From: Raillietiella orientalis | Lineage: Eukaryota | Direction of reading: 5' to 3' | Assembly: GCA_036172245.1 (NCBI GenBank) | Contig: JAYWIR010000025.1 | Span: 744,001-808,000, forward strand | Length of the DNA stretch: 64,000 bases | Part shown: piece by piece, positions 11,201 through 22,702 of the stretch | How the letters are laid out: every line of letters begins with the position of its first letter | Numbering within the stretch: position 1 is the stretch's first letter | Notes under the pieces: model-generated | The model's database searches: none | What the model saw: the letters and a program-made list of their open reading frames with translations, nothing else | What the model was told of the DNA's origin: nothing | Made by a program: the position numbers and the translations under genes

Positions 11201-13485
11201 ACCCTTCCTCTCTTCCAGACCGCGTTTCCCCTGAAGGAACGGTGGCCCTCCTCCCGAACGCCCTCTTCCTGACACAGCCGTCTCCGCTGCTGCTGCTGCT
11301 GCTGCTCCTCCTCCTCCTCGCGGAGGCGACTAGCTGCCTCTCACCCACCTGCATTCGAGCGACGACATTCCCGGTTTATTTCGGGGCTCCCCGGGTGCCT
11401 TTCCCCTTCTCCCCCTGAGAGGCGGCAAGTCCCCGCACCCCTTTCCGCACCCACCTGTACGGTGACCGAGACCTCGAAGAAGTCCGCCTCCTTCTTGCTG
11501 AAGGGACAGTCGTCGTTCGCGTAGTCTAGACTCAAGTGAAAGGTGTGGTTGTTGACCACGTCGTCGAAGCATACTCCCGGGCCGGAGTCCACGGACATCC
11601 TGCCCGTGAACATGGCGTCGGTTTCCACGACGACCTCCAGTCCCTCGGGGCCGCAGTCGCCCTGCACGAGGAAGCAGTTGTTGGGTTCGTACGTACGGGC
11701 GGCGCTCCCTCCGTAGAAGGCGTGGCCCGTGGCGACCAGGGAGGAGGGGGAGTGGTGGGTGAGGCGGCACTCCCCGCGCCCGGTGGCGTTAAATTCGAAC
11801 ATGCGGCACCTTGGAGATGGCACGGGGAGGGAAGCCGTGTCTCCTTGCTTCCCGGGCCGGCGCGCGCCCCGGGCTCCCGCTCACCGGAAGGCGACGCTGT
11901 TCATGCAGAACTGGTGGCAGCTCTGCACGTTCTCCACAGATTCGACAATGACGTCCACGGACCGCGGGACGAGACCCATGACGGGCGCGAACCCGCACGC
12001 GCGGGAGTTCCAGCTGCGGGAGGAGCAGCCGTTCTCTAGGTAGCTCCATCCCCGGGATCCAAGCATCAGTTGCCTTTTGGCGATCGCAGGCCCCAGGCTG
12101 TGCCTGTCGAAGGGGTTCAGCTCGCACGTCTTGGACGCCTCGTCGAAGTTGATGGACCTGCGGGAGGGAGGGAAGCGGCGCGGAAGGATGGCTTTCCTCC
12201 TCCGGGGAGCCCCCACCTGCAGAAGAACCAGCCCCTCTCCAGGCACTGCGACATGCAGTCCTCGATCGTGATCGCAGCATAAAGCTCGCTTTTTTGGCTG
12301 AGTTCTGCGGGCAGCATCCTTGTCGCCGGGACCTCCTCGAAGATCCACATGCTCCTGGGGCATTCCTCCCCCTTGTTCACACACACCTTGTAGGCGTACG
12401 TCGAGGGCACCATCACCGTGGAGACTCTGCTATCTGGAATGCGCGGGCCGGTCAGGGACCCAGGGAAGGGCGTAAGAAGAAGAGAAGGGGAGGCTCCCAC
12501 CCTCCTCTAGCCCCCCAGAGCAAGGAGGCGCCTGGAGCCGTTCCGCCGGACACAAGAGAGATCGAGAGGACGGAACTACCCTGCTGGAGCGGCTGCGGCG
12601 AGGGATGACGAGGGGGGAAGGACGTCCCGAAAGTGCTCGAGGCCACACCGCGGCGGCAGCAGGAAGCGACGAGGAAAGGACCAATTGGGAACAGAGCGGA
12701 GGGAGGGGAGGAAGAGGGGCAGTGCGAACCGGACATCCTCTTTTCGTTTCCCTTGTAGATGGGGGCGATGCTCTCTCCGCTCCGTACCCCCCAGCGCTGA
12801 TCTCTCACCACCTTGCGGTCTTTTCAGGAAGGCCACCACACCTAGAAGAAACTCCCAGAGGGTCGCGAGCCCTCGCAGGGAGGATGTAGTCGTCGAAGAA
12901 GTCCACCTGCCTACGTGCATCGACTTCTACCTCCGAAAAGGGGTGGCCCCGAACGAAGGAGGGGAGGTGGGGAAGAGGCAATCACTGACATGACGCGGAG
13001 CGCAGCGGTGCCCCTGGTGGGACGCCTCGTAGATTCGCCCCCCCCCCTCCCACCCCATTTCAAGGATTTTCCCGGATGCCCGAGCTGCGTCGGCTTCCGC
13101 GTTGCGGGAGCAAAGCCGGAGGGCGGAGGGCGTCCCTCTTACCAAAGTTTCCCATGTCCCGGAAGGGAAACAGGTAGCAGCGTCCAGGGTAGAAGAGGGC
13201 GGATCTGCAGTTGCTGACGCCCTCGCAGGAGCCGATGCACCGCTCGATGGACAGGACATCTTCCATGAGGAAGTGGGTGGTGGTGGAGAGGTTGGAGATA
13301 GCGAAGGGGAAGTTTTGGACGATGACGAAGGAGTCATCGGGGTCGGGGCAGCCCAGCTGCCCCCCGATGGCCGAGCGCAGGAACGCTGGGGGCAGCAGCT
13401 GCAGCAGCAAAAGCAGCAGCAGCAGCAGCAGCGGCGGGGGTGGTGGGGGTGGGGGCGGAAGGGGTGAGGAGCGGCGTCCGCCCAT
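8237..13485 (-). CDS. Secreted PAN/apple-domain plus zona pellucida (ZP) domain protein (NOAH/nompA/trynity-like apical ECM or cuticle protein), multi-exon
   Basis: Leu-rich signal peptide at the start. PAN modules: CIGSCEGVSNCRSALFYPGRCYL; CPRSMWIFEEVP...DCMSQCLERGWFFCR|SINFDEASKTCEL...YLENGC; CGFAPV...SCHQFCMNSVAFR|CRMFEFN...CRLTHHS. ZP-N: VQGDCGPEGLEVVVETDAMFTGRMSV...VSVTVQ|QKSR...FLHC. ZP-C exon 8877-8237: LLIDSHGCVVDKRIL...LQAFAFSRFSEIKFISRVYVC. Exons at 12.4-13.1 kb and 8.9-10.7 kb are not resolved. Confidence 0.85.
13394..13433. repeat. (CAG)n microsatellite encoding the poly-Leu signal-peptide core of the PAN-ZP gene on the minus strand
   Basis: gcagcagctgcagcagcaaaagcagcagcagcagcagcagcgg, translated on the minus strand as LLLLLLLLLLQLL. 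Confidence 0.8.
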
Positions 13486-16400
13486 CGGAGCGACTCCTTC
13501 CAGCTCTTTTTGCAGAAGGCGGCTGTGTCGGGGCTGGTGGGCCCTCTCCGCTGGAGCTCCTCCTCACCGCCGCCGTCACGTGACCTCCAACCTTGGGACC
13601 ACGTTTTCTTCCGCCCCGCCGCCTCCGATGAGCGCACGCGTATCGGGTTGCTGGCCTCTGGGGAGAAGTGAAGGGTGGTGGTGGAGGGGGAGGCATGTGG
13701 AAATAGAGAGCAGCGCACCTCTAACCGTGAGAGCGTCCCGGAGGGACAACGCTGACGCCACGGTGGCTCAGACGCGGAAATCTCGTCCCCTGGGGGAGCC
13801 ACGGTTCTCTTCCGAGCCGATGGCAGCGCTGACTCCGCGCGGAGGCCGGTGGATCAGCGGACGGCTCGCACTTGGGAGGCGCTGGACGGATGGTCCTGCA
13901 GCTATCCACCACGAAGTGTGGGGGATCGGCTGGCACGGCACGATTGACGCGAGACTCCGAGCGCTGTCTCCTTGGCCCCCGAGGCTGTTCCAAAGCACTG
14001 CTGCAGGAGGACCGTCTCTCCAGAACCAGACGAGCCTCTTCTCTTGCCCGTCGGCACCAGTCGGAAGCTCCTCAGCACTCATATTCATCCACCCCTCGGA
14101 GCAGCGGCTATCCTTTGACTCATCTTGTTCCCTCCGTGACTTAGTGTGACTTAGTTGACGAGGGGGAAGGGAAAGGTGCCACCTGCTTATCAACTGCATC
14201 GTCGTCTGTCGGTGATGCTTCCCTGGTTCCAGTTGCCGCCCTCACTCCCTGGGCAGATCCACTTTTCCAGCACCACCACTTCTCTGTCCCATGTTGCATA
14301 GGGAAAAGGACTCGCGTCCTTCGTCCCTGGCCTCCCACAGCTGCCTCCTTGGGCGGAGCAGGCGGGGAGACGGGCAGGGCTGGAACATCAAGGTGGACCC
14401 TGTTTTAGCGCAGCAGATCACCGAAGGGTACGAACCAAAGGAGGCACGAATCGGCTATCGCCACGGGACTGCCTGGAGTGATGCAGCAGGATCTCGTGAG
14501 GAAACTCCAGCCTTCGAGGGCTCGGGGGCCTTCTTTTTCGGTCTGGGACGAGGCGAAATCGCGAGGTCCTCCGTCCCCAACAAGCCTATCCAGTTTCATC
14601 TCTCTCCGGGACGATAGAGCATGCTCTCCCCGGAGGCAGTGTGTGCGACGGGAAAACCCCAATTTTCAGCCACTTGCGAGGCAGAAGGAGGAAGGAGGTT
14701 GGTAAAAGAAACGGTGGTAACGGCGTGGCGAAGTGAGAAAGACCGCAAGGCAGGGGGACAGGGAGATGGGACGGGACGAGTGGTAGAGGGAACGGAGTTA
14801 GTTGGGAAGGAAGTCCAGATCACATATATGGGCGTGACCATAAAGCAAAACATCCGAAGAATCCACACGTGCATTTTTTTTTTCTCTTTTGTTTGTTCGG
14901 AACACTTTGAAACGACAACCACAAGGAGCAAAAATACATGATCTCCACTCCAGAGGAACAGACCTGCCTTCGTCAAGAGGAATGGATAAAGAAGGATTTT
15001 CGACCGAAGATCAGAACAACAATTTGGGAGGTCTCTAGGTGCTGAAGAAAAAATTCGGTAACACATCCAGCAGAGATTCAGCTGGTCCTGGAAAAAAAAA
15101 AAGAACTCTTTCATCCTCTTGCCACCCACCCATTTACTTCCATCCCTCGTCCGGGGCAGAGCAGGGACAATCGATCGTCGCCGGACTGACAAGCACTTCG
15201 CTGAAGTCGGGTAAAACGCACGCCCCAGAATTTATCAGCAACAGCGGTGCTTACCGTGGATCCACACTAAAGACTAGGCGCCCTTGACATCAGCTCCCGA
15301 GAAACCTAGTCCCTAGGCAGCACCTACGATCCAAAGGGCTGCAGGAGGCTTGCCCAATTGCTTCACTCCCATCACCATTCTTTCCCTTGGCATCCCAAAA
15401 TGAAGCTGCAAAACTCAAAGCACAGTGTGTGCATACTCACCATGAATCCCATTCTCTCTTCCATAGAACTCCTTTGATATGTTCACAGTGCGTTGTACAA
15501 CTCTCCTGGTGTTTAGGGAGCACATTAATGATCCTTCGAAAGCACCGATGTGTTGTGGGAGGAGAGCGAGAAACTTCCCTCTCCTCCGAAGGAACAAATT
15601 GCTGCGAAAAACAGGCCCTGGCATCCAAGTTGTAGACAGATGCATGTCTTATTCCAGGGACAGGGCATCTGGAGGTGTCCCGAAACCTTTCGGTATAGCC
15701 GGATGTTTCGGTCCGATCAAAAGTGAAGAGAAAAAGGTCCCATCTTTGCGTCAGCCTTCGTTGTCAGTGTTCCGGTTTACCAGTACCAACAAGAAAGTTG
15801 ATGAGTCGATCTTTTGAGGGAGCTGAAGTGAGGAGACAGAATCTGGAAAAGGCCATTCGGGAAAACCTCCCACCGACTGCATGAAAGGAAAGTCATTTCC
15901 TGCTGAACATGTAAGGGAAAGGAAACTCTTGAGGACAGTAAGAAGCACGATGCTGGTGCACTGAATAAAGTAGAGGCATTCTAGAAGCAAACTGAGCTGG
16001 CAGTCCCAGGACCTCTCCAAATTCCCCTTGATACCACTGACCATCGTGATTGCTCAGACTCCAGGTGCAGTACGAAGCAGTTCAAGAACATCGTGTCGTG
16101 CCAACAAACGGGTGAATAAATGTCCATCCTCGAATGATCACTGATCATTTGAGTAGTGATCTGTGCTCAGAATGTTATGCTTGAAAAAGTGATGCTAATA
16201 TGATGGTGTGCCGGAATACCTACCTTGCTTTGTCCCTTGTTGCCGCAGACTGGTCAAGAAAAGGGCAACACTGAAAACTGCTCCGCAGCCTCATTTCCTT
16301 CTATCGATCTCGCTTGAGTCTCTTGTTTCATCCTTCACTTCCCGACACATGAGAATGGAAGGATTCCCCCTCACTTGATGAAAAGACAAGAGAAACTTTG

Positions 16401-17626
16401 GAGCTGGAAAGCTGGCGTCTTCCTACTCGACCGGATGCCCTCATTGGCACCGTGACATTTGAAGCCACGCACGCTTTGTTCTCTGTGTGCACATGAACTA
16501 GGAAAAGTTCTTGAACTCGGAAATGAGTCTCTGAGTAACCAAATTGCCCAAAACTCTCAGTCCGACTAATGAGCATTTCCGGTGGCATGGAGACGGCTGC
16601 ACCTCGGATGGCATTTCGTCAGAACGAAAGGTCAATCAAAGAACACAGAGAATGCGTTTGCAAGGTTTGAAAAATGAAACACTCTTACTGTACATTGTAA
16701 CCCGTACCTTCGATGATCCAATGCACAGTGTTCAGTGCACATGCAAGATCGTACAGAATGTGAAAATAGCAAGGACGAATCACAAGAACGATATGCAAAC
16801 AGAGTGACAAGGAGAGAACCATTCAGGGGCATCAGCGATGGAACCAAGAAGGTATACGTGGAATACCCCCAGAGGACTGCGTCGAGTATGCAGCCCGAGA
16901 CGAAGCGCCTAGAAAGGGAAGCTGCCCCTCTACTCCTTCGAAGGGCCTCCTGCGCTGGGGACAGATTCCAGACGGATTCCTCAATTCTTCCTCGAGTCTC
17001 CTCGGCCATTACCGGACTGCACCATCCACACGCATCGGAGTGAATGGAACAGGTGACTCTTGCTCGAAGGTGCCTCTCTCCAGGAGACTGCTCGACGAGA
17101 CGCGCAAGAGGTTCGTTTCTTCTTCACGCAAGTGCACGCATCGAGGATGGTCGAGTGCCCCTTCCTTCCCCCTCCTCCCATGCAGTAGACTCGGTAAATA
17201 AAGCCGCCGAAATCTCGGGCACAATTGCTTCCTCCAAGACGTGCAGGCGCTTGTGCACGTTGCGCACGTTTGGAGCTACTTAGCTGAGGAGGTCTGGCGG
17301 AGGTTCTAACTCACGAGCTGCGAGCGGGCACTCTCTGCTCACAAATGGCCCCGCGCGGCCCATATCGGCTCGCCACATAGCAAAACGTGGGAAGGTTTAG
17401 ATGAGGTCGTCTTGGTTCTGTTCCCTCCACCACCGGCTACATCAGCTCCTTTCGCTCCTCTTTCACGGCGTTAGGTTCTCCATTTGGGTTTCCTGGTACC
17501 TTCCGTTAGCGCAGGTGTTCGTGCCTACCAGACCGCTGACGTGCACTTGAGCACGTACACATCAGCCAGAGCTCCCTGGCGTCTCATCCCGAATTGCTGC
17601 CACATCTTACCGTCCTCAGGCACCTT

Positions 17627-18180
17627 GCCGTGTGGCTACCGTCTCTGAGCGCGACACCAGGCGTCGCGGGTTCGTATCCCCACTTGGAGAATCGACGCCG
17701 AGGACGGGAATGCGTCGTGAGTTTCGAGTCCTTCCCTCAGAATGACGCTGGTTGGCCGGAAGGCTTCGGCTGTGGAAGCCGGATGCTCCCGTTGACAGGC
17801 TGGGGTTGGAAGTTGATACTCTGGGATCCTTTCCAGGCCATCAAGGAGACCTTTGAGGTTCCCCTCCGGTTGTGCAAATGGAGCCGTCCTCTTCACCTGG
17901 GGAATAGACCCTTCATCTCGTACCATTGATCGATACCTCTCCGCAGTCCCCACGCTCACAGTCAAGTGAGCAAATAAGGAGTTTCCCCTCCGGGAGACCC
18001 CCTGTGGAGAGAATTGGGAAGAGGTTCCCTTCGGAGCTCTCCTACCAAGCGTAAGAACACCAGAATCCTTCCTCAGGAGCTTTCCTGGATTCATGGGGTG
18101 GTCCCCTCCCGAGGTACTCCCCAACTTGAAGATTCATTACATGCACCCTCATGTAGCGTGGAACAGTGTCAAAGAGCTTC
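17627..18180 (+). mobile_element. tRNA-derived SINE-like element, near full length (family A)
   Basis: B-box-like GGGTTCGTATCCC at ~17668-17680. Body (TGACGCTGGTTGGCC...CCATCAAGGAG...CATCTCGTACCAT...CCTGGATTCAT) and 3' end (GCGTGGAACAGTGTCAAAGAGCTT) align by eye with copies at 27 kb, 34 kb and 49 kb. Confidence 0.75.
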
Positions 18181-18221
18181 TTGAGCCCCTAGGCGAACGG
18201 TTCTCGAGTAACTAACGAACC

Positions 18222-18653
18222 AGAAAAAATGATGTTAGTGTAGTGAAAATGTAAGCTTGGATGAGGGCTATGGTAATTTCTAGGATTATGATGGGGATGG
18301 ACGGGATGAGGTTTGTGAGGTTATTTGATAGTATAATGATGAGGATGTGTCCGGTAGTAATGTTGGCTGTTAGTCGTAGCGATGGGGATATGCGTTGGAT
18401 TATTAGTCTTATGGTTTCTAGTAGTGGGATGAATGGGGAGAGTAATAATGGGGTTCCTTTGGGAGTAAGGTGAGCTAGGAAGTGAGAGGAGTTGTTGAGG
18501 ATGGAAAAGGGTTGTCTAGAAGTTCATAATGGAATATCAAGGGATATGGATAGGAAGAGATGGGCAGATGAAGGAAATGTATAGGGAGTAAGTCTTGAGA
18601 AATTGATGAGAGTGATGGTGATTAGTAGGGTGATGAAGATTTTGATTGATGAG
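18222..18653 (-). pseudogene. atp6: NUMT: nuclear copy of the C-terminal two thirds of mitochondrial atp6
   Basis: Minus strand read with the invertebrate mitochondrial code (TGA=Trp, AGA=Ser) gives ...LINFSSLTPYTFPSSAHL...IPLW...HFLAHLTPKGTPLLLSPFIPLLETMSLMIQRMSPSLRLTANITTGHIL...LEITMALIQAYIFTTL, including the RLxAN and LExxxAxIQAY motifs. Strong A/C strand skew typical of mtDNA. Confidence 0.93.
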
Positions 18654-20120
18654 CTGGAAGAAAACCATCTTCAGCCGCTATCTTATGAGCGCCTACGTGT
18701 GCAAGCATTTTATTTTTATTTTTTTTTCACAATGACTCTTGCAAATAACTCACTGCTGATAAATAGGGGAAGTCTGAGTGGAACGAGGGAGGAAGAATCC
18801 GCCAGCGGTTGTGGTCTACACGGAACGATGGTCGGTGGGAGCCAGGAAGAAGCGCATACCTAATCTGGAATCCGGAACTGGTGTAGATGTTGGTCATCTT
18901 GCGAGGACAAGGATCCCCTTGCCGGTTTCCCAGCGGGCGGGAAAGCAGATTTCCGCTCTTTGGCAGGCAGGCTGAAAGTCCTTCAAGAGAAGAAAACGAA
19001 ACCTTGGCAACGACTTGCAAGCCAGACGGAACCGGAAGTTGAGTGAGGGTTCGCTCTCCTTGGAAGGTCGACCATCGATCCAGTGTTGGTGGCGTGGTAC
19101 CTGCTGGAAGGTGCGAAACGGATCCTCGGCCGTCGCTGCCTCAGCGCGGGGCACTTTCGAATCAGTATGGCTCCAGAAGACGGACCGACATACCAGAACC
19201 ATCGAGCGACTTCGACTCGATTCTTCTGGTTCTTCTGGGACGCGACGTTCACCGCGGTACTAAAATTCAAACCCTCACAGCTGCCGCATCGGTTCGACCA
19301 CACCCGCCCACACCGCCTTCGCGCCCTCGCCGCCGCCGCATACGGAGGTTTCGCTTTCAGCTTTGCGCTCGGTCAGCATTCGCATCAAGGGCGGATTCCT
19401 GCCGGGATTCCTGCTGGGGAAAGACTCGATCCGCCCGCAGCTCGCACGTGCGCCTGCTGCTCGCACGTGGCGACGCCTGCTGACTCGTGCATGTTCCCGC
19501 CGCTCCTCAGGGGACCGGCCTCCGGTGCGAGGCGCCGGCTCCGCGCTCTCGGAGCTCGAAGACGCCGCAGAGGAGAGCGCGCCACTGCGCCTGCGCGAAT
19601 CCTCCGCTCAAACGCATCGGCGGCCACGCGGACTCCGTTCCGAAGAGCATACGCGCTTTCCGGGCCTGCGCACTCCGCGATGGTCGGGGGGAGGGTTTTT
19701 GCTGTGGGCAACCACTTCGACCCATGTGCGAGCCGAAGATTCTCCTGGAGCGCCGGAGTGCGGCAGCAGCTCCCACGGGAGACTCCTAGATCATCCCCTT
19801 CCTCGCGTCGGAAGGGAAGCGGATAGCCTCTGGGGAAAAATCGCTGGAAGGTTTCGTGCTGAGGGATGGGAGGGATCCGGAGGCGCCCCGTTTCGGGAAG
19901 GGCAAGCATGGGAGGTGGAGGGTGTTCCCGGAAGGAAAGAGGGGGTCGCGACTGCGAACTCGACCATTCCCTCCCCCCCCTTTCTCTTCCTTCTGCAGCT
20001 CCCCAGTCCCCGAATACCAGGATTCCCTCTGGAGCCTTCCCCGAGCGGGAAGCCACCCGTGCTCGCGCGCGCATCCCGAGAAGCTCCACTCCCTCCTCGC
20101 GCGCGAGGGGCCGGCCCTTC

Positions 20121-20270
20121 GCCGGATGTACGGTGGCTACCATCTCGGAGCGTGGTATCAAGAGTTGCGGGTTCGAATCCCACCCGGGAAGGAACAACGT
20201 CGAGGATGGAGGACGTGTCGCGGGTCTCGAGTCCCCTCCCCCGCAAGATGACGCTGCCGGTTGGCTTCAG
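20121..20270 (+). mobile_element. SINE family A, 5' fragment with the best preserved tRNA-like head
   Basis: GCCGGATGTACGGTGGCTA...CGTGGTATCAAGAGTTGCGGGTTCGAATCCCACCCGG followed by TCGAGTCCCCTCCCC...ATGACGCTGCCGGTTGGC, homologous to 17627-17770. Confidence 0.7.
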
Positions 20271-22676
20271 GTGCAACACTGTTGGAAGCTCGGAAACCCC
20301 CCGATGCCCCCATTGAGTGGCGGACCTCCCTTCCTCCCTCCCCCCTCCTCCCAGCGACTTCCCATGCCAAGACGACGAAATCTCAGTTCTCGAGGTTCCC
20401 TTTCAAGAACCCGAGACTTCCTCTCCCTCGCCGTGGCACCGCAGCACCAGTCGACATGGACCTCGTTCCCGGGCAACAAGCAGGGTCCCCTCCCTCCGTT
20501 TCTATGGAACGGTCCTCACAGGCGGAAGCACGTAACCAGGGGCACTGAAGGGATGGGAAGCCTACTTTTTCGGGATCCGTGAGGCGGCAAGTGGACTTTC
20601 AGGTACAGCGCGGAGGCAGCAAGCGCGGCGCCTCCCGCCGAACTGAACGCGGGGGACGCTGCGTTCTCGTTCCTGTCTCCATCCCGCGCGGATCGGGAAG
20701 CGCCGAGATTCTGCCCCGGAGAGTCTCAGCACAGCCCGGCCTCAGGAGGGGCTGCGCCGGAACGAATCCTGGAACATACCCGGCGGTGACCCTGGAGTTC
20801 GTGGCTCGTGCTCGCCGACGCCTTCATCCCCTAAGGGTGGCACGAGAACGCGAGGACTCCACCGGGAGCACGGAATCCGCCACTGGCGGGTCCGGTACTC
20901 GTATGCGGCGACCGAGACTTCGGTGCGGGAACGCCCTCCCCTGAAGCCTTCCTTTCCAGTCCACCGCTTGGATCATCCAGTTCTTTCTTCGTCTTCTTCT
21001 TCTCTATTCCCGTTCGGTTTTCGGGAGTGCACAGTAAGAAGACCCTCATCCCAGTGGGGGGATCAAACAAAATATACAACAATGGAAGAGGTGTTGATAG
21101 TCAGTCCTTCCGCCTTCTCCACGCTCGGTTCATCCCAGTCCTTCCGGTCGTGCAGACAAAGAGGACCGAGTGGAGGTCGCCGTCGCCATGGGGATTTTTC
21201 GTCCTGGCTTCTGCTGCCCCCCCAACCGAACACACGCTCAATGCACCGGCTTTACGGATGCTGACCGTTGGGATGCGCCGATTCTTTTTCGTGTGCCCTT
21301 CGGAGCGTGCAGTGGGCTGCAGAACCAGGTCTCCGCGGAAACCCTTCACCCATCACTCATCTATGTCAAGTGAAGCCGGGATCACCTTGCCAAACACGGC
21401 GTCTGTGACTGCGCCAAACCAAGCAAAGCACTCGCACCCGGATCCATGAAGAACGGACCTAAAGGAGCGCTCCAACCTAGGGAGCGACTTAAGGGACCTA
21501 AGGTCTTCCTGGAATCTGCAGCCAATTTCGCAGGAACTCGGCGTAGCCACGGAAACGAAGACGGGAAAAAGCGTTTCCGTAGGACACTTTCAAAGTCTCA
21601 GAAGCGCTACATCTCTCTGGCTTCAAGTTCCCAGACGTTCGCAGCAGGTGGGCCATCTGTCCGCCTGCTGGGAGCTCGTCAGAGCCAGGAGCTGCTGGTG
21701 CTCTTCCGGAATGTGGAGTCGAAAGGATGCACTCGGAAGGGAAACGATCTGAATCGGTTGCCTCGAGTGATGGTGCTCGATTCCTGGGAACACGTTCCTC
21801 ATCTCGAAGATGGCGTTCAAATCATTGCTGGACAACACGCTGCATCAGAAACCGCCCGTTCATTTTCTTTGCTGATGGTGAGGACACCCGGACCAAAGGC
21901 TACGTGAAGAGACGGCGCAAAAATCATTCAGCTGCTTATCTTAATGATAGAATATGTATATGTATATGAAAAATATATGTACAGAAAAGTATATATGTAT
22001 TGCTGCTGCGAAGCTAGCTGAACGAACTACGCGTATTCGCTATTAATGGTAGGTTTATAATAAAGCATTGATCTAATAAGCGCAGCCACCTCACTTGAGC
22101 CTGGCGTTTGGGCTGTCGGGGTGATTTGTTGCAGAGAACAATCCAGCAGGAAATGCCGACCTTCACCTATCTAAACTTGGTCCATGTAGGATTTTCAGTC
22201 GAGGAGACTTTTCCCTCCGTAGATTCTCCTCCACCCCTTCGAGATGCCTGATTCGTCACCAAGGTCACCAAACCTGTAATTCATATGAACTTCCTATGAA
22301 AAGGCCCTTTGAGTGGATTTGTCTTTTCCTTTCATTTTCGATGGCACCTCTTCGTCGATAATGAGTTATTCATTCTCATCCACCTCCTAGGCTTTTGCCA
22401 ATTATTTCCTGACTCCCCCACACTAAAGAAATGCGTGACTTCAAATCGAATTCCTGACGTTTAGATCCATTATTTACTTTCGACCACAGCATCCAATCCA
22501 ATATCGTGGAACCAGGCAGCCTCCTGTCCAATGCAACTTCCCATTCATGCTGCCAATTAAATAGCCAACAATCATGCTACCTTAGCAGTCATCTCCTAAG
22601 GATCCAGCATCTTACATTCATCGTGGGAAATGGATTTGAGAGTGAACCAAAATTTTGAATAAAACAGCAAAAAAAG

Positions 22677-22702
22677 CGAGAGAGAGAGAGAGAGAGAGAG
22701 AG
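22677..22702. repeat. (GA)n microsatellite
   Basis: Direct reading: gcgagagagagagagagagagagagag. Confidence 0.9.

Noticed and set aside
18261..18863. Plus-strand Met/Val-rich ORFs at 18261 and 18603
   Set aside because: They are antisense shadows of the atp6 NUMT.
20121..20190. Functional tRNA gene
   Set aside because: B box present but acceptor and anticodon stems do not pair well, no oligo-T terminator follows, and downstream sequence is shared with dispersed repeat copies.
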